From: Candidatus Methanoperedenaceae archaeon | Lineage (GTDB): Archaea > Halobacteriota > Methanosarcinia > Methanosarcinales > Methanoperedenaceae | Reading direction: 5' to 3' | DNA length: 50,409 bases | Assembly (NCBI GenBank): GCA_963753595.1 | Contig: CAVWCX010000009.1 | Coordinates: 1 to 50,409, forward strand | Part shown: positions 48,786 to 50,409 of the stretch, piece by piece | Numbering within the stretch: position 1 is the stretch's first letter | Layout: each line of letters opens with the position of its first letter | Notes under the pieces: model-generated | Database searches by the model: none | Told to the model about the DNA's origin: nothing | What the model saw: only the letters and a program-made list of their open reading frames with translations | Program-made: the position numbers and the translations under genes

Positions 48786-49004
48786 TTAATGTTTAAGAAT
48801 TACGATCTTAATATGAGTCCCCATGTTTTTTATTTCCAATACCTCATGATGATGTGTCTTGCTCCAGCCCGATATTGTGTCTTTTGCCGTGGGGTCGTCT
48901 GTTATTACTTCCAGTTTTTCACCTACGGGTAATGTTTCAAGTTTTTTCTTTGTATGAAATAATACAAAGGGGCATACTTTACCCTGAAGATCAAGGCATT
49001 CCAT
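48786..49004 (-). CDS. TusA/SirA-family sulfur carrier
   Basis: LDLQGKVCPF and LEVITDDP motifs; start MECLDL at 49004. Confidence 0.88.
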   Translation of the reverse strand: MECLDLQGKVCPFVLFHTKKKLETLPVGEKLEVITDDPTAKDTISGWSKTHHHEVLEIKNMGTHIKIVILKH

Positions 49005-49157
49005 ATTGACTATTATGAATGACTGGTATATTAAACTTTTATAAGGTTGGGTGAGTGATAAGCATACGTTAAACAGAATTGCCAATGCGAGAAGCACAGA
49101 GGGGAACGGCGCCGGAGCGCCCGTATCTGTTATTTCCGGCGCTGGAGTCGTAGTGGC

Positions 49158-50018
49158 TCATTTTGATAGAAATCCCTTCACCTTTCTTTGTTTCTCTCCA
49201 GTCAAATGAAGATAATTTTCATTAGAAATTACGGATTTTCCTGTTTTTTCCTCAAGCTCTTTCCGTGTATTCTTTGCGATTGTGCCGCCTTCAACAGCAG
49301 AATCCTTGCATTCTTCAAATCCCAGGGAATCTTTAGAAATTGTAATATCCGTTGTTGCTTTTTCACCGACCATAGTAAGGATCAACTCCCAGTCCGTCAT
49401 ATGGTCTCTCAGATTCTGGCCATCCCTTTCCAGGCTTTTGAATTCTTTGTATTCACCAACGGTTTTACCAAATGTTGCCTTTGATATCTCATTCGTGAGT
49501 ATCGCAAAGTCTTTTTTCTCCTGAATTCCCCTTGTTCTCCATTCATCAGTTAAATCCTGCCTGATCGCTATGCCCCTTAGTCTTTTGTCGATCCAATCCT
49601 CTGGATAGCCTTTAAGTTCGTAATATTCCTTGACCCTGTCCTGTGCGAGTTCCGGATTTTCTATTTCCTGTATCCTTTCGTATCCGACTTTTGCGAGCCA
49701 TCTTTTGAAGGGTTCAGCTTTTTTTGAAGGAATGGACTGGATTATCCTGAACATGGATTCGGTGTTGGCGCAGTCGGTTTCGTATTTCTTGCCGTCAGCA
49801 GATGGCAATTTCAGTTGTCGACAAAATGTCGATAACTCTATACCGCTCGACTCAGCTTCTCGTTTTTTAAGTCTATACCAGTAATCTTTTGGATCGGCAC
49901 TTTCAGTCAAAATACTTACAACATCAACAACTGAAAAATACCACTGTTCATCATACCATGTTCTTCTTATTTTAATTCCTTCAAAAACAACAAGCGCTTC
50001 TTTTGAGTCCATGTTCAT
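49158..50018 (-). CDS. Bro-N domain protein (antirepressor/DinD-like)
   Basis: IRRTWYDEQWYFSVVDVV, RIIQSIPSKKAEPFKRWLA and NLRDHMT motifs. Confidence 0.88.
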   Translation of the reverse strand: MNMDSKEALVVFEGIKIRRTWYDEQWYFSVVDVVSILTESADPKDYWYRLKKREAESSGIELSTFCRQLKLPSADGKKYETDCANTESMFRIIQSIPSKKAEPFKRWLAKVGYERIQEIENPELAQDRVKEYYELKGYPEDWIDKRLRGIAIRQDLTDEWRTRGIQEKKDFAILTNEISKATFGKTVGEYKEFKSLERDGQNLRDHMTDWELILTMVGEKATTDITISKDSLGFEECKDSAVEGGTIAKNTRKELEEKTGKSVISNENYLHLTGEKQRKVKGFLSK

Positions 50019-50303
50019 CTCTCGATATAGTAAATTTCTTGCATGGTCAAGATATCAGCAAGGTTAAAAAAGGTTGTTAGAGCGGTGTGAAAGTGATTTT
50101 TTGTGTATGATTTCATGTTTTTCTTTAAACGACCCGCATGTTTTTTGATTCATTTTACTTCCTTTTATTGAAATTCTCAACGATCTCTTCAGGGGTCAGA
50201 GCATAGTGGTAATCGGTAGAGCTTCGGCTTTTTTCCAGTAATCTTGCGTCAACCTATTTAATGACATTCTTATCAGCATCTTTTGAATTTTCACAACTTT
50301 TTT

Positions 50304-50374
50304 TCGACAGGATGAACAGGATTTACTGGATTTTTTACAATAAAATCTATCCTATCGTCCTGTAATCCTGTCGA
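50304..50374. repeat. REP-like inverted repeat built from ACAGGAT units
   Basis: TCGACAGGAT...ATCCTGTCGA ends, with three ACAGGAT-like units per arm. Confidence 0.8.
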
Positions 50375-50409
50375 TAGGCCTTTGTTTTGATAATTTGGTT
50401 TGAACCGGG

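Noticed and set aside
49158-49160. Selenocysteine or read-through fusion of Bro-N to TusA
   Set aside because: Both proteins are complete on their own, no SECIS-like element was recognised, and the linker looks like an unrelated relic.

Overview
Chromosomal segment of a Methanosarcinales archaeon, most probably Ca. Methanoperedens (ANME-2d). This is inferred from the F430 genes cfbA/cfbE, the futalosine-pathway gene mqnE, and a Rieske/cytochrome b cluster with PGF-CTERM multiheme cytochromes. Core genes include polC (DP2, running off the left edge), a DEAD-box helicase, rfcS, tRNA-Pro(TGG), pcn-priL, dys, glnA-nrpRI, rio2, an SSB-like gene and a TusA-like gene. Accessory or decaying DNA includes an ISAzo13 element inside an MNT antitoxin next to a broken HEPN toxin, a 1647-aa nuclease-NACHT defence-like gene, an orphan HicB, an AAA-DUF234 ATPase and a Bro-N gene. 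The best signals outside the ORF track are: (1) a structured leader RNA with a 28-aa upstream ORF in front of glnA; (2) a 133-bp collapsed relic of a sucC-sucD operon; (3) dispersed short-period REP-like elements, one of which appears to supply the start codon of a JAB protease; (4) several duplication scars and operator-like repeats. Everything was read by eye; no searches or folding programs were run.
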